From Candidatus Woesearchaeota archaeon (lineage in GTDB: Archaea > Nanobdellota > Nanobdellia > Pacearchaeales > GW2011-AR1), in NCBI GenBank assembly GCA_964549155.1, contig CAZJUG010000005.1:1-36841 (forward strand): a DNA stretch of 36,841 nucleotides. Direction: 5' to 3'. Of this stretch, positions 35,451-36,841 are shown piece after piece. Position 1 is the first letter of the stretch, and the number at the start of each line of letters is the position of its first letter. Both the position numbers and the translations under genes were made by a program. The notes beneath the pieces were generated by a model. It saw only the letters and a list, made by a program, of their open reading frames with translations. It did not search any database and was not told the DNA's origin.

Positions 35451-36424
35451 TAAATGAATCTGGATTAGAACTTAAAAATGAAAGCATTTCGGAGATTGAA
35501 ATATACTTTGATGAAATCGAGCCAGACGAAAAGAATTGCAACTATTTAATTTTGGGAGCATTATTTTTAGAAACTAATAACAAATCAAAGATTCTGAATA
35601 GATTACTGAATTATAGATGTTTAAATGATAAAAATATAAAATGGAGTAAAGAGTACACTACATGTCCCAATAAGGAATATTGCAGAGAAAAGTGGCACAA
35701 ACAAAACAATACAGAAATTCATTTTGTAGAAATCAGAAATGGATCAAGCTCATCACAAATAAAAATAGCTAAGAGATTAATAGAATTATACAAAGTAGAA
35801 AAAAGTCTTAAAATGGCGATATTATATATAGATTTGAAAAAACTCGATAAGTCTCTTTTTAATGACTCGAATGCTAACATATACAATAAATTTTTCAGAA
35901 CAATAATAAATTATGGATTAAAATGTTTTTACAATTTGAATAATAAAATTCAGATAAAAAATATTTTTTATGATAAAAAGGAGGAGCTTGAAAGACATAG
36001 TTTTTTCAAAGATTATAATTTTGATAAGCTAAAATACGAAACTAATGACAATGTTGAATTACTAGGTAAAATATTATTTATAGAGTCAGATCATAAAAGT
36101 GAGGGAAAATATTCAGATGAATCTAATTTTATCCAGTTAGTTGATTTAATGTTGGGCATCATTAGGCAGAATATTTTCTATGTTTCAAAAGATAAGATAA
36201 AATGTGATGTTGCTAGAACCCTCAGAAAAGAACTAAATGACTTACAAGAGAATAGACATTCGCATAATCGGCTTAAGATAAGCTTTTTTCCAAAAAATGG
36301 ACTTAAATCTGTGGTGGATTTAGATAATAAGATTTCAACAGAAAGAAAGGATGAGTTTTTATCTTTAGAAGACTTTAAATTAAACATGCCTGCTCAAGAG
36401 GCAGATTTGAGCAGATGGTTCTAA
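35447..36424 (+). CDS. DUF3800-like protein (family assignment tentative)
   Basis: N-terminal IEIYFDEIEP and C-terminal FIESDHKS...FIQLVDLMLGII resemble the two DUF3800 motifs (xxxDE.. and DS...iQlaDl). ATGA overlap with the helicase gene. The ORF itself is solid (325 codons). Confidence 0.5.
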   Translation: MINESGLELKNESISEIEIYFDEIEPDEKNCNYLILGALFLETNNKSKILNRLLNYRCLNDKNIKWSKEYTTCPNKEYCREKWHKQNNTEIHFVEIRNGSSSSQIKIAKRLIELYKVEKSLKMAILYIDLKKLDKSLFNDSNANIYNKFFRTIINYGLKCFYNLNNKIQIKNIFYDKKEELERHSFFKDYNFDKLKYETNDNVELLGKILFIESDHKSEGKYSDESNFIQLVDLMLGIIRQNIFYVSKDKIKCDVARTLRKELNDLQENRHSHNRLKISFFPKNGLKSVVDLDNKISTERKDEFLSLEDFKLNMPAQEADLSRWF

Positions 36425-36425
36425 A

Positions 36426-36841
36426 ATGAAACCCTCTAATATCCCAACTGGCTGGCAAGAAGTTGAACTAGGCACCATAACAGAATGTTTAGATGGAAAA
36501 AGAATCCCTATAACGGAAGGGGACAGAAAAGGAGGAGATGTTCCTTATTATGGTGCAAATGGACAAGTTGGTCTGATTGACAAACCAATTTTTAATGAAG
36601 AACTACTATTAATCGCAGAAGACGGCGGAAGTTGGGGAAAAGGACAAAAATGCTCTTATATTATCAACGGAGAAGCATGGGTTAATAATCATGCTCATGT
36701 CTTAAGGATAATAAAATCAAAAGCAGAAATAAAATTCCTAATGTACTGGTTAAATAATTCTGATTTAAATAAATATATCTCCGGAACAACAAGGGGAAAA
36801 TTAAATCAAAAGATTATGAACAGAATAAAAATCCTCCTCCC
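36426..36841 (+). CDS. hsdS: type I restriction enzyme specificity subunit (HsdS), N-terminal part, runs off the right edge
   Basis: Hand translation gives MKPSNIPTGWQEVELGTITECLDGKRIPI...LLIAEDGGSWGKG...NNHAHVLRI...FLMYWLNNSDLNKYISGTTRGKLNQKIMNRIKILL, a typical HsdS target-recognition domain pattern. Confidence 0.8.
   Translation, partial: MKPSNIPTGWQEVELGTITECLDGKRIPITEGDRKGGDVPYYGANGQVGLIDKPIFNEELLLIAEDGGSWGKGQKCSYIINGEAWVNNHAHVLRIIKSKAEIKFLMYWLNNSDLNKYISGTTRGKLNQKIMNRIKILL

Overview
AT-rich, tightly packed archaeal chromosome segment. The assignment rests on ribosomal proteins P0/P1/L1/L40e, aIF5A, RNA polymerase subunit N, RadB, Taw1, archease next to RtcB, a type-A-like RNase P RNA with Rpp21, and an isolated 5S rRNA. 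A small-genome DPANN-like host is only an inference from gene compaction and composition. Positions 1-20,300 are mostly housekeeping genes. Three things stand out. (1) At the right end (28.4-36.8 kb), a type I restriction-modification locus has hsdR and hsdS separated by seven same-strand, translationally coupled genes. These are an RHH-like protein, a Bro-N/DinD-like protein, a zinc ribbon, a 240-aa unknown, a 2-TM micro-protein, a UvrD-like SF1 helicase and a DUF3800-like protein. I rate this the best candidate for an undescribed defence-type module. (2) A cassette at 20.85-23.6 kb holds two radical-SAM enzymes (one SplB/COG1533-like) flanked by two paralogous DUF5680-like proteins. It lies between the 3' ends of tRNA-Phe and RNase P RNA, and a 25-bp perfect inverted repeat links one radical-SAM ORF to the tRNA-proximal spacer. 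(3) tRNA-Ser, tRNA-Phe and RNase P RNA all carry nearby duplicated terminal fragments, and the two tRNA loci share the same layout. No CRISPR array, integrase or transposase was seen. Short genes missed by the ORF track were found by hand: L40e, SecE, a 30-aa Lys/Ala-rich ORF, and edge-truncated rtcB and hsdS.
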